Shown piece after piece: positions 25,250-37,800 of a stretch of 64,000 nucleotides of DNA. The stretch is from Klebsormidium nitens (Eukaryota > Plantae > Klebsormidiophyceae), in contig DF237101.1 in the NCBI GenBank assembly GCA_000708835.1, forward strand, positions 89,516-153,515, in the 5' to 3' direction. Below the pieces are notes generated by a model, which was not told the DNA's origin, did not search any database, and saw only the letters and a list, made by a program, of their open reading frames with translations. Position 1 is the stretch's first letter. Every line of letters starts with the position of its first letter. A program made the translations under genes and the position numbers.

Positions 25250-28200
25250 ATGGCAGTTGCCACCACTAGATTTCAACCTTGCTCCAGCACTAGTCACTTG
25301 GTCCTCATACAGAGCCTCGCAGCAAGCCACTGCTGGGAAGAGTCGTCGTTTACATCTAGAAAGATACAGTCAGGCTGGCTGCAGTTCTCCAGCTCCAGGA
25401 CCAACACCGACTGGTTCAGGTCAAAGTCCAAGCCCATTCGCGCCGCAAGAAAAGTAAAGGTGAATGCAGCAGCTGCGGGAGCTGATTGCAGCTCCAGACG
25501 AGAAGCGAGGGCGCCGGCTTTGGACTCACAAGGGGTGCCCGTGCAGACGAGGAGACTTTTGTGCCTCAGCAACGGGCATGGGGAGGACGCAATTGCAGTG
25601 GCTATCCTCAAGGCACTCAAGGTGGGCAAGCAAAGGTAGTGCCTCTGCGCAAGGCCCGCTGGAACTCTTGCGACAGGAGCTTGAAGTTTCTGTGCGGTTG
25701 TAGGTTGCATTGGCTGGGTTGAAGACCCCAGCGGGCTATTGGTCACAGCATCTGGGTCTGTGGTTAGAAAACTTCGAACATTGACCCCACTGCCTGAATC
25801 GTAATCAGTGGAGGATCGGTTGTCACAGTTGATCGCGGTTCGTTGCAGTCACCCACCTTCGTCCAGATTGTGCAGTCGAAAAGAACCACAGCGCAAACAC
25901 AAAGATATGATAATCACAATCTGTGACGGTGATGTCATCGTGCTTCTCCAGCACGCTTCAGCAAATCTTTACCTATCATGGAATTGCGATTCCCTCACGT
26001 CTATGTGCCCCTCATCCCTCACCTTTACATGCCTGGCATCTTAGTACAACGAGCATGCTTAACTTGATCTGTACGACCTTCAAGACCTCTGCTGTGCTTC
26101 TTTCTTCTCCTCTCAATCATTCACATTTTGCTTCCACCCCCCTCCTCGCCCCCCTTCTAGGCAAGTCATTCTGCCACCCCCTTCCGCAGGAGTTAGCAGA
26201 GGAGGAGGATCAGCCCCTGAGCATCGAAGCGCTTCCCTTGGTGGGTTTGGGAGGGGCGTACGTCAGGGCAGGGATCCGGACCATCGGGCCCGCTCAGATG
26301 ATGCCAAGTGGCGGCTTCTTGTACATGGATCGCAAGCAGATCGTGGGGGACCTCCAAGCTGGGCTTATGGCGCTCACATGGGAACAGGTACGTCACCTCC
26401 TGCGGGTGTTACGTTACATACGCTTTCCCCCTTCTTTCCTGAGTGCAGTGAGTCGTCACGAATGTGGGAAGAACGAGGTTCTGCTTACTTACTCTACAGG
26501 TAATGACAATCAATTACTCGCTGCCATATAGGAAGAGTCGTCATACCTTCAGGGTTTAGTCTTAGAAGAATGTAAATCTGAGACCCACTTGAGAAAGGTT
26601 CATGCAAGATACAACTCTTGAGAGGTCCCTTCAATGAAAGCCGGAAGACTCCGTCCTTGTCTGTCAGGTTCAAGGCCGTCGTCAATTGGCCCTGATTCGC
26701 TGAGCTTCCCATTCTGTTGAGCTCTCAGACTGTTGGGTCTTTTTGTTTTACTTCCAAACGGTCAGTCGAAAGATTCTTTTCAGAAGCTTCACGAGTAAAC
26801 AAATTGTGTGGTAGAATCTGAAGACCTGGTGTATCTTTGGACGCTTCTCGTGATCCACTTGGTACATGGATGGCGTCTCTTTGTTGGACAGGCCCTCTTG
26901 AAAGTCACCATTCCGCAAGGAACGTGGTTGCTTAACAATCCAATTTTCGCTGCCTGGTTGCGCCAATCCGTCACACCACATTGCCACCCTGTTTGCAGTT
27001 AACCACCCTGGTTAAGTGGACCCAAGCGGAAAGTACCGAGAGGGCGACCAGCGCATTGCTTGCCGTGGGAGACGTTCTGCCACTCGCAATGGCGTGGGTC
27101 GCCTCCAAATACGAGAAAACGAGGCGGGAAAAAGACAAAGGCGGGCGGCTGGTCCCGTACGCTTTTGTGGGCACCGCGAAAAGCGAGTTTTACGTCAAGG
27201 AATTAGATGGGAGGAAGCTTGTGCCAGAGAAAAGGGACGCAGGTGAGGTTGTGAAATGCGAGAACAGGGCTGTGAGGATGCAAGAGATAAAGATTGCTCA
27301 AATTTCCAAATTTCCAATCTTGAAATTCGATTCTATACCAGAGACCAAAATCAGCCCGAAAGTCAAGCATGCAATACCCTGCCGACATTTAGTTTTCCGG
27401 TTGTACATCAACTTCAGTGCGGAAGTTTCTTGATGGTTAAGGATTATCTGGTTCGTGTGCAAAAGTATTCGTTTGCAAGCTGATCTAGAAGCAAACCTCG
27501 AAACCCAAAAGCAAAACGGTTACGAGATTTCTTTCAAAATGCACCAGCTTTCATGTTCGGAGGGTCGAGAAGCTGCTCCATTCCGCCTGGGCTGTCCAGA
27601 AATCCTGAACGAACTCATGGACTCACTAACATTGGAATACGAAGTTCGTCACATGTTCCGTTCGAAGTCGGCAGCACTTCGAGATCTGGAAGTTCGTCCT
27701 GTATTTCATTCGAGTCGTAACACCCTGAAACCTGGAAATTCAGACTTCAAAAAGAGAGCTTACTATGACTCCCCTGCAGTCGAGAAGCTGCTCTCCCCTG
27801 CCTGCGTCCACCTGCCCTGGGAGCGCGCGCTGATGTCAGCGGACGAGTGCGCGTTCACAGCGCCGCGGGACGCACTCACGGGCGAAGTGTTGCGGACGCT
27901 CCTGCCGGACGGTGTGAAAAGGCGCGTCCTCGATTTGGGCAACCCAATGATGGACGATCTGGCGCCGACGGGCGCCTTGGACGGGGTTCTGGCAGGGTAT
28001 GAGGGGTTTAGGCGCGTGGCGATCATGCCGGGGTCGCGCCCTCCTGAGGTGGGTGAGATCGGCTGGCGAGGATGTAGAGGGTGTCGCGTGGTCCAACCAA
28101 GGGCATTGTGTCGAGCTTCTAAATAATGGAGAGCTTGTGTTCCTCAGGGAAGCAGCTGACAATCAAAGGCCAATGGAGAAGACGGACCGAGACTTGGGCG

Positions 28201-30533
28201 GCTGTTGTTCCTGGATTGCCGCTCGAAGGTCATCGACTGTGCATCAAGCGTCTTTGTGAATCGGATGTTTCGTGACTGTTAGGTACCTGCTTTGAACAGA
28301 AAGCGGAAGTCGAGAACCCGGTACCTTTGTCCTTGCATTTGCAGTGCAACCTTTGTATAAGCAACATGTAAGTCAGCTTCCGTTGAAAAGCTCTCTTTCA
28401 AGAGCTCCGGTTTCCACAATTGTAAACCCGTCAAATCTGCACGCATTTCTGTTTCTGAGCTTTGAAGGATCAAACCCTTGAGCTTATGAGGGTCTGGTGT
28501 TGAAGAGTGCGCCGTCATGTCCGCAGGTCCATAGAAACTTTGACACGCTCCTTTCCGCCGCGGATTCCGTCGCCCAAAGCTCGCCACACGAGCGCTTCCT
28601 CTTCCTGGCGCCTGTCGTTCCCTCGCTGGAAGTTCGGCCGTTTACAGACGCGCTCGCTCGCAACGGCTGGCAGCGAGCGGAGGAACCCCTAGAACTCCCC
28701 GAAATTAGCGGCGCTTGTGAGTCGCCAACGGAACCGCTTGTGGATGCGTCGGATGAGTCGCTCGAGCGAGGAAACGGCGGACCTTTGCAAGGGGGGTGGT
28801 CAGAGGACGGTACTTCGGAGAATGGTGTAAGAACGTCCGTAAGGTTTGAGAGTGCGTCGACTTTGAAAGAGAGTGAGCAGAAAAACGGAAATAAAGTTAG
28901 TGCTCGATTACGAGAGCAAGCAGAGCACGCGCAAAGTAGCACGCAACCAAGCGACGGTCCTAGTAGCACCTCGCAACGACCTGATGCCGTAGAATGTAGA
29001 GATCCAAAACCCACCGGATCCGTTAGTGGACCCTCTCTAACCCGAACGCAGAACGAACATCTGGACGACGTCGTTCCGGAGCCTTTTGCCGCAGACGGCG
29101 GCGGCTGGCCGGAGCCTTCGGAAGGCCCTGTTTCGAGCATACTCTTCCGAAAGCGCGGGGGCGACTCGGCGGTTCTGCTGGTTCGCGGGGCCTTTGCGGA
29201 CTGCGCGCAGCGGGCCGAGGCGGGCCTGGCGATGGCCGGGACAGCGACGGAGCAGATGGTAAGGGTTTACTGTTTGAATCTAGCGATTGTGGTATGGATT
29301 TGAGAGGTTTAGGGTTCGGGGTTTTGGGTTAACCGTTTCTACCGGCAGCAGCCACAAAACTTTCCGAGCGCTTTTCAAAGCTTGCTTCTGCAGTGTGTTG
29401 CGATGCGAGCAGATTTTGATTGTCCAAACATTGCCATCATTTTCTGCGTCACCATCAGCAGGTCGATGGCAAGGGAGCATCTCGCAGAGCATACATGCTG
29501 GACTTTGCAGAGGGCTCGGGTGACATTTCAAGTGCCCGGTTGCTGCAGGTCGAACTCGCTTAACATTTGATTGGCTCGGTTAACATTCGACGTGCTCGGT
29601 TAACATTCGAAGTGCCCGGTTCCTGCAGGTCGGGCTCGGAAAGCCGGTCTTCACCATGCCCGGGGGAGGGCCCCAGTTTACCTTCGCCTTTGCGGAGGCG
29701 CAGTCGCGGCTGCTGGGTCATTCGGTGAGTCTCGTTCGTTGAGCTCTCAGGGTCTCCTCAATATCCGAAAACATTTTATGTCTCGGGGTGCTTAGGTGAC
29801 GGTTCTGCGGACACATACGCTCGCCATCTGCATATTGATCCGATGGTGACTCGGATTCAGCTTTCGAAAGTCTACTGATGTCTGGATCACTCGGGCTTTA
29901 AGTTTCGTCACAGCATTCGCTCACCCCGATCTCATCGTTTTCTGTCCTTATTGACGGGCGGACATGTCTTACAAACGTTCCCTATTACCGGCCGTTACAA
30001 AGAATCAACCCACCACTAAAGATTGGAAATCCACAATAATTCTCAAATCTCGCCAGCCTCCTGCCTCGTCAAGCTTTCGTTTCTTGAAGTCTTTCTGACC
30101 CCCGTTTTCCCAGGACAACATTGATAGATGAAAGCACTCGTCTTGCGCTGCGTTTCTGCGGCTTGGCTGCAGCCATAATTCGATAGTCCCGTAAAGCAGA
30201 GCTGCAACGGACGAGAGTCTGCGGTCTAGAACGTTCCTTCGTTTGGTTGTCCTCAACTTTGGCGCTTGTATGGAGAAGATTTGACACATAGCCTGATTGC
30301 TGCTATACATATCCAACTCGCAGGTCATCCTCTGCAAATCACCATCTGAGGTGGGGCCTTGCTTTCGGGAAATCTTTTTTGACGAAAGGCGGCTTGCTGA
30401 GATTCGAGAGGATGGGCGACAGCGGATGGGACAGGCCGGCGCGTCCAAGCGCATCGCCCGAGCGATCTGGGATAGGCTGCTGGTCGAAAACTGCACGCCC
30501 GAACTTTCTGAGATAATGACGAGAAGACATTGA
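25250..30533 (+). CDS. Lipid-A-disaccharide-synthase-related protein (TIGR03492 family, GT-B-like) with a probable plastid transit peptide, 7 exons, about 706 aa
   Basis: Exons 25250-25621, 26190-26387, 26999-27242, 27780-28048, 28527-29258, 29629-29724, 30324-30533, in phase. Family motifs: LLCLSNGHGEDAIA, MPSGGF, YAFVGTAKSEFY, LPWERALM, GNPMMDDL, MPGSRPPE, AMAGTATEQMVGLGKPV, GPQFTFAFAEAQSRLLG, RMGQAGASKRIA. Confidence 0.9.
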
Positions 30534-31268
30534 CAAGGTTACAATCAAAGTAAGCACAGTCAAAGCGGACGTCAAATCGCAAGCTGTCGCCAAAGTATGT
30601 TTGAAAGAATATGGATAGGAGGATGCGCGTTTGCTATTTGCGGCATGTTACCTAATGTATCAGGTGGCCGACGGTTGCCAGCGATCTGATTGGATGCCTG
30701 TTAGGCCTTCTACGCTCATCGATCCACTAGGTTGCGATGATGTTGTGCAGCATTTACCATGATCAAGTGGTCATCAGTGCAATCAGGGATATATCATCGG
30801 CATCACTGATGCTAGACTGCGTAAGAGAATCTTCAACGCGTGCAGTGCAGTTTTGCAGGCTGCGGTATACACGTCTTTCATATTCTGGGTCATGATGCAA
30901 TTTACAACTCAAGTTACATGTGGTTTACTTGATAACTTCCTTAACAACTTGAACCGTTGTACAGCGGGGCCGGAGCTGGCCGTTGCCAACTTCTGCTTCG
31001 CATGATATGCCGCATTCAAGAGGCCGCAAGTCGTTTGTGACGCATCCGCTTGTGGTATGCGAGCTAGGTCATCATGGCAGGCATGCTATTCGGGCTATGC
31101 ATTTTTACATGGTCCAACCATACCAATCCGTATATATACGGTCATCCAAGAATGTGGTCGGCTGAAGTTAGCTTCTGCCCAGGCAAACATGGAACAATCA
31201 AAGCAGAGAATATGCAATCCGCGAGCTTCGAAACAACGAAACGCTCAGGATCTGTCTGTATCATAGTG

Positions 31269-33842
31269 CTACAGGAGCAGGTGCTTCAGCATGTCGAGGC
31301 CGGTATCGTACGCATCCAAGCAGCGAGCGACCTCGGCCAGCTGCTTCTGCCTCGACCCTAAGATGCTCCTAAACTCGAGCAACTGCGCGTCGTAGCTGGC
31401 CTGGATGCACGTCGAGACCTCTCGAAGCTGCTTCCCCTTGTTGCCCCTCATCTCAGAAAACTCCAGGGCCTGTCTGTTGTAAGCAGCAACCGCCTGAGGG
31501 AGGTTCTGGCTGTCTTGCTCGGAACTGCGTCTGTCGCTTTGGGATGTGGACACGCAGGCTGGCTTCTGCTCGCGATCGGGACGCGCCGAGAAGTTGAGCT
31601 CTACGCGGTCCTCTTTGGGAGGCAACGTTCTCGTCCTACATTGACGAGTCTTAGTCAGAAGTGGTCCAGAAACAAGGGGCGTTCCGCGCGTCCAATCCGG
31701 ACTCTCGATGTCCAATTCGTCCGGAATTATTCAGCCGGGCTTCAGCTGCCGTCAATCGAAAGCTTCGATCAGGAAATCTCTACAGCCGTGTTAAGATGTC
31801 AATGGTGTTCAGGAGATTAAAAGTAATCAATTGCGGAAGTGACAACTTGTCTAAACTTAATTCCTCCATGCCATTCAGAAAGCACTTCTGAACAGGGTTT
31901 ATGGATACGTACGTAACGAGCAAATAGACGGTCAACAAAAAAGAGCAAAGATATCGGGTTCTGGAAAGACATGGTAAAATGATGCTTCTTCGTGGTGTGG
32001 TATGCTTGAAGTTTCTGATGAATGCGCGAGGAAAAGGCTGATCGATTCACAACAATCCAGTCAAAAATGGTGCGTTTCGGCAAAGGTGTATCCAGGGAGC
32101 AGCCACACATTCGCAGCATGAGCGTAAAGGCCACAAGTAGGTCAGTGCTTTCCTCAAGCGGACAATTGATTTTTCGATGCAATGTTTCAAACTTCGTAGC
32201 TCCAGGTTCAGTGATTCCAGAGCAAACACATTGCAGTATGTTCTTGCAGACTCCCATCTTCGCCAGCTCACCTTTGGCCAGAAGTACTCTTTAGCGTGGC
32301 GGTCTTCTTGAAGGAACTCTCCAAGAGAGAAAGGAACGAGTTGCTGCTTGAGTTTCTGACAAGCCCTGTGATTCGGAGGATCTCTGGTAGTACACTCTTA
32401 CGGAATCTGGCCATCGTGGAACTAAGCACGAGGGGCTGGAGCTCTGACCACTCTAGCAGATGTTTTGGCTGCATGCAAGCTGCAAGAAGAGAAGCAGAGT
32501 AATTACGAAGGCTGCGGAAAGGATGTAAGAATTCGAAGGATACTGTTGACCTTCTGCTTCTCTTCAGGGGAGGGATGTGAACGGTTCGCTCTAAAGCGAA
32601 GATAACAGCTTTGCTTGAGCTACAGCTTTCAAAAGATGGAATAGAAGTTCGGTAACCTCGACACAATCTGCGCAGGAGCATGTGGAGCAAGCAAGCGGTA
32701 ACACTTGTCGAGATACGGGAAGGAACACGGTCTATGATCGTTTTCGCTTACCAGCCAGGACCTCGAGAAACCATTGAGCGCAGTCCTTGTCCGAACCGCG
32801 CAGGTCTGAAAGCGCTTGTGGAACGGGAAGCCTCTGAACCTGCGTAAGTATTTGCAGAGACGCCCGCTGCTTCGTTCTGGATCTTTGCATCCAGGCTTTG
32901 AAGCCTTCACAAAGTTTCATTCGATTGAATCGAATTTAATGAGCAGATGGAGGAACATTGCACGAAGTGCACAGCGTCTTCCAGAAGCGTTGTGCACGTT
33001 TCCTCATTTGTGATTACAAGATGTCGCTATCTGTTGGCTTACTTTGGCCTCGTAAACGATTCTCTGGTCTGTCTGAAACGTCGGACCAGCTTTTTTAGGC
33101 GGGAGTGGAGGACGACCCCCCGAGAACTGTCTCCGCTTGCCAGCACTCCCGAGAACGGATTGAACGTCAGCAGCCTCTTGCTGCAGAATGGAAAACGACT
33201 GAGTTCGTTCAATCAAAACTCTTTCAAAAATTCGAAAGTATTGGACATTTTTGAACAGCTTAAACTCCTTGACCTTCACAACGGAAGGAATCCATTACTA
33301 GATGGTACCCTTGCACATTTTCATTGTCCACCATGTCCAATGTTTGAATGATCGGAAGCGAAAAAAGAGAATGACGCGGTGTTTCTGCATAAGCCGCTCG
33401 TTCAGGTTATGAGGCCGGGCGAGGCTTTCTGCGAAGCAAGCTCGGAATCATTAAATGGACGCAGTTCTCGAGAGGTCAACCAGAGAATCGACTGCAAAAG
33501 TTGCTTTGGTATCTGTTGTTGGAAATCGGGAGATTAGTCACGCAGTAGCCAGACTTGACCTTCTGTAGCAAAATCCTCTCTTCCTCTTACTTCACGAATC
33601 CGCCTGCATCTGCCTGGAACGTAGTAGTTTTCACGTACACGAAGCCATTGCCTTCGAGGGTGAAGCATGCGTCATACCTGCTCTTTGGCTCTTCTTTCAT
33701 GGCTGTGTTGTAAGGCTTTGAAAGCATCATGATTCTCTACAGTCTTCTCTTCGCTGTAGCCTGTCTCCAAAGGCGAGAGTGTTCTTGCGAACGGACTGCT
33801 AAACTTTCTTTTCCTTTTCTGAGGCTCAGAGACATCCCCCAT
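31269..33842 (-). CDS. Tentative multi-exon gene of unknown function
   Basis: ATG at 33842. Candidate exons 33842-33678, 33180-33043, 32839-32752 have good gtatg/gtaag donors and compatible phases. Further open blocks lie near 32519-32275 and 31505-31269 (helical C-terminus). The middle exons could not be joined with confidence, and I recognise no family motif. Confidence 0.4.
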
Positions 33843-34392
33843 TCTCACCAGTCACCAACACATTTAGCACAAGCTCCCCACAAGCTCTAGTCAACAGTTG
33901 GATTGAAGCAGTTGACGAGACCCGGAGAACACTCATCGCGTCTTGCAAGCCTCTTGCCTTCGGTCATCTATCGTCTGCAGTCTCCTTGCAAATCCCCTTT
34001 CAAAACACGGCTTCAAAAGTAGCGGAAGCCAGTGGCATTGGAAGGAGCTCAGCTCCACAATCCTTCTTTCCTCTCAAGGCGGATTGTGCAGACATTCAGA
34101 CAGAGCTGTTGGTAAGTGTTCTGAATGCCGAAGTCATCGATCGACAATGAAAGCTTAGAGCAGGGCTTGGCTGGAAACTTGAAAGCTAGACGCGAGCTGA
34201 GCTGTGAGTCGAGCGTCTGAAGTATAGCCTATAAGATTACGTCAAGTGTAAGTTTGAATCTCGTCCAATCAGAAAATAACGTGTCGCCTTGCCGACCACG
34301 TTGACCACCTAACACTCAATGTCATTCGTGCCTCATCATCATGAGGCCTAGACCCTTCTGCAATTTGCAGCCATGCCAGGCCGGTGCCTCTG

Positions 34393-34583
34393 ATGACACG
34401 ACATTTGAGGAATAGTAAGCTTTTGGAATACCGTAGTAAGCTCAAACCAAACACTAAAATCCTAACCTATAAAAAGTACCTGCTCCGCACCCAAACCCAC
34501 CCTAACCCCCAAACTAACCCTATCCGTCCCAGGCTGGTGAGCTTTCTATTCCTAAAGCTTACTGTTCCTACATAAAGTGTCAT
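34393..34583 (-). mobile_element. Conserved-core, variable-TIR element, copy 5 (older, TSD not recognisable)
   Basis: Reverse-orientation core; degenerate TIR ATGACAC...GAGGAATAGTAAGCTTTTGGAATA / CTATTCCTAAAGCTTACTGTTCCTA...GTGTCAT. Confidence 0.75.
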
Positions 34584-34879
34584 GACTTCTGCCTCCGAGG
34601 CCGCTGAGTGAAGAACGCTCAATGCCGCTCATACAGCTACATGAGCTGTCACACTCCCGAGTGACATCAGCTCACAACATTGCGGAGGAGAGCTCAGAGG
34701 AGATGCACCCACATCTAGCTCGGGGCAAGGTCTGTTTTGCGGGAGTGCCATGGCTTGTGCTGCCGTGAGCTGCCATCTTTCCTAGCATCACTTCTTCTTG
34801 GTATGGTAGAACTGTATTTCCGCAAAGCCTGATGAACACTCAGAACATTTTCTTCAGGTGTAGTTGCTGAGCTCATCCC

Positions 34880-37800
34880 ATGGAGCGGAAGCACGCCTGG
34901 GCGTGGCTCCTGGGAGGAACGGTCGCCGCAGGTTTCGGTCGGGGGCTCCAGGCGATCCCGGTGGTGGCATGGCTCGAACCTGTCTTCTTCCTCCAGTTCT
35001 TCCACCATTCTAGAGTCCACGAAGTTTCCTGGCGCTCAAAGCTCGGCATTCTGGCAGCTGCGATATTCGCCCAAGCTGCGGGGCTCACTTTTGCGATGGC
35101 AGGGACTCTGAATGACCCATCGTTCACCCCCCTGGGAGTCGCCGTGGTCGCGATTGCAGCCACTCTCGGGAGCACGGCGCTAGTTCTCATTCCCTACTTT
35201 GGTGCCAGCGCGTACCGCCACCGCTATGAGGGGGCTGTAGCTGCTGGCGTGTTCTTCTTCCCTCTCGTGCTCACCGGGCTGTGGATCGCTTATGCCAGAG
35301 TGTCTCCTTTTGGGACAATGGGCCACAGCGCTTACAGTCAGTCGGACTCGAAGACCCTCGTGCTGACCGCCTCGTTTTGGGGCATGTCAGGAATCACATT
35401 TCTGATGTCTTGGGGGGCTGCCCTGCTGCATGAGGTCCTTCTGTGCCAGAACCCTGTTCCCCCCCCAAAACTTCCGAGCCCCCGCAACCCCCCCCTGCCC
35501 TACACTGGCGCGCCTTACCTCCACAGCCCCCTGCTGCTGCGCCGGTACAGCGTCGTTGAGCCCCACTTGCAGGGGGCGCTTCCCCAGGGGGTTACGTGGC
35601 ACGTGCGTGCTTTCTCAGCGGTGTTCCTCTTAGCGCTGCTCTACGGGGGTGCGCAGACGTCTCTCTTCGCGGGGCGCTTCTATCAGCGGGGAATTGAGGA
35701 GATGTATCATAAAACGTTCGCGGCGTCGTGCATTTTGGAAGACGAGGCCCGAGGGGGGAGCCTGGAACGCCTGTGGGCGGAGACGGAGGGGCGGGTCGCT
35801 GCGGGGGATGATGTTATCCTCTGGTCAGAAACAGGTGAGCAATTGTCACTGTGAGAAGTTGACTGCTGTCAGCTTTCACGGTAGGATAGAGAGGGGAAAA
35901 CGTTCCTGTTTATCTGGTGCTCCTTCTGATTTGCACCAATTTTGGACCGATTTGAATGGGGCGTGGAGCCAAGTTCTCTCTGCCCCTTCCTTTGGTTGGT
36001 AGATCGAGGTATAGATTAAGCGTTCGGAGGTTGCAATGAAGGGGCCCAAAGTGAACCTAAGATGTTGTTTGCAGCGGGCCTGGATGCTTGAGACGCTCTT
36101 TCCGTATTGGCCCCTGTATGACTAGCTGAACTGTCTTGCAGAAGCTGGCCGTGTAACTAGCTCTGTCTCTGTCCCCACCGTAAACAGCTCGTCCTCATCC
36201 TGTCTGTCTGTTTCACTGGAGGGTAGAGGAGCGAAGGAACAATCTCGATCCAATCTCCATCTCGTTCAAAGACTGACTGATCTTCAGCAGCCTCTCATCG
36301 GGATTCCAAGGAGCCTGATGCTCCCTGGCGATCTGGAAAGCCAGTTTAACAGCGTGAGAGATTCATTTACAGGCATACGACCCCTGCGCAACCTTGCCCT
36401 TCCGCCGGCCAGATGAGTTGTTCTGCTTTCGATTCTGCCGGCTTTTACTTCTCCAAACGAAGATCAAGGACTGACCCCACAGGATACATCTAGACCCCGA
36501 GACAAACATCTGCATGCCACCTAAGATGTTCCCATTTTCTGTCCTGTCCAGCGGCAATCGTCTTGGGCGACGCAGAGGAAGCCGCACTCATTGCAAGAGC
36601 AAGCGCCTTGGCTCAGCTAGGGGTGGCGGGCCGAGACACAAACAAGCCGGGGCCATACATCGGCCTGTCGTACTACAAAGTTCTGGATGGTCAAACTCCC
36701 CACAAAGCGCCGGACCAAACGCGGCACGTACAACAACATGAGGGCCCTGCTGGGAAGGCCCTGCAGAATGGACTGTCGCACTCTAGTTCGAACCATGGAC
36801 CCTCTTACGAAGCTCTGAGCGAGGTTCAAGAGTCGCACATCGGAACCAGTGCGCTTAGCGGAGCTTCCGAGGAAATTGGAAGCAAGGGGATCCCTCGGCC
36901 CTCCGTCTGGGGCACTGCTGCTGACGTCATCACCGCTGGTGTGGCGGTAATGTCAGATGGCACGAAGACTCTGGCGGCAAGGAACAGCTTCGTTTTGGTG
37001 GGTCCAAGCGGTGACCCGATTCTGAAGTACAACAAGACGCATACGGTTCCTCTTGAAGAGGACGAAGTTGTACAGGGGGATGGGAGGCTCATGATTGCGG
37101 AGACGGGCCTTGGGACGATGAGCGCGGCGATCTGCTTCGACTTCCGGTTTCCGGAGCTCATGCGGCAGGCGGGGCAGAAGAGGTGAGAAAACGTTTCAGG
37201 ATGTTCGGACTCGAGTTGTAATGTTCAGAAGGATCCAAAAATGACAGAAGAATGGCCGGAAGCATGGCCGACCATTAGGCAGAGAAGACATAACGTCTGG
37301 TACATAGGTGGATTCCTGCGGTTGCATTGAAGGAGGTGAGAGAGTACGGTTAGTACGTAAGGAGAAGCATTCTACGCGGATCAAGTCAAAGGCAGAAAAT
37401 TTGGTTGGAAAGGGCGGGATGGTCGCAAAGATGATCGTAGCCTTTCTGCGAAGGCGGTGCTGCCCCCTCGAAAATCAGGGCTATTTAAGATGCGGGTTTC
37501 CCTTCCCGCTACTGATTCGTGGAATCAGCCTCGAAACTAGTCAGGCTGCCCTTCGCTGCCTCGTTAAGCAAGGGCTTTCTACAACCTTTGGATTAATTTG
37601 CAGCCGGGGTGATATGGTCACCTTTCACATCCTGAAGAAGCTTCGCCTCATTCATGAAGCATATGAACGAGCGTCGGGCGTCTGCTGCGAAGTCCATCTC
37701 TGAGAGTGCACGCAGCTGCTTTTCGAAACGTTGAAACTTTCTCTCCAGGGCGCTCCGAAACCTTCCTCTTCTGTGACGCACCTACTCCCTTTTCAGCCCT

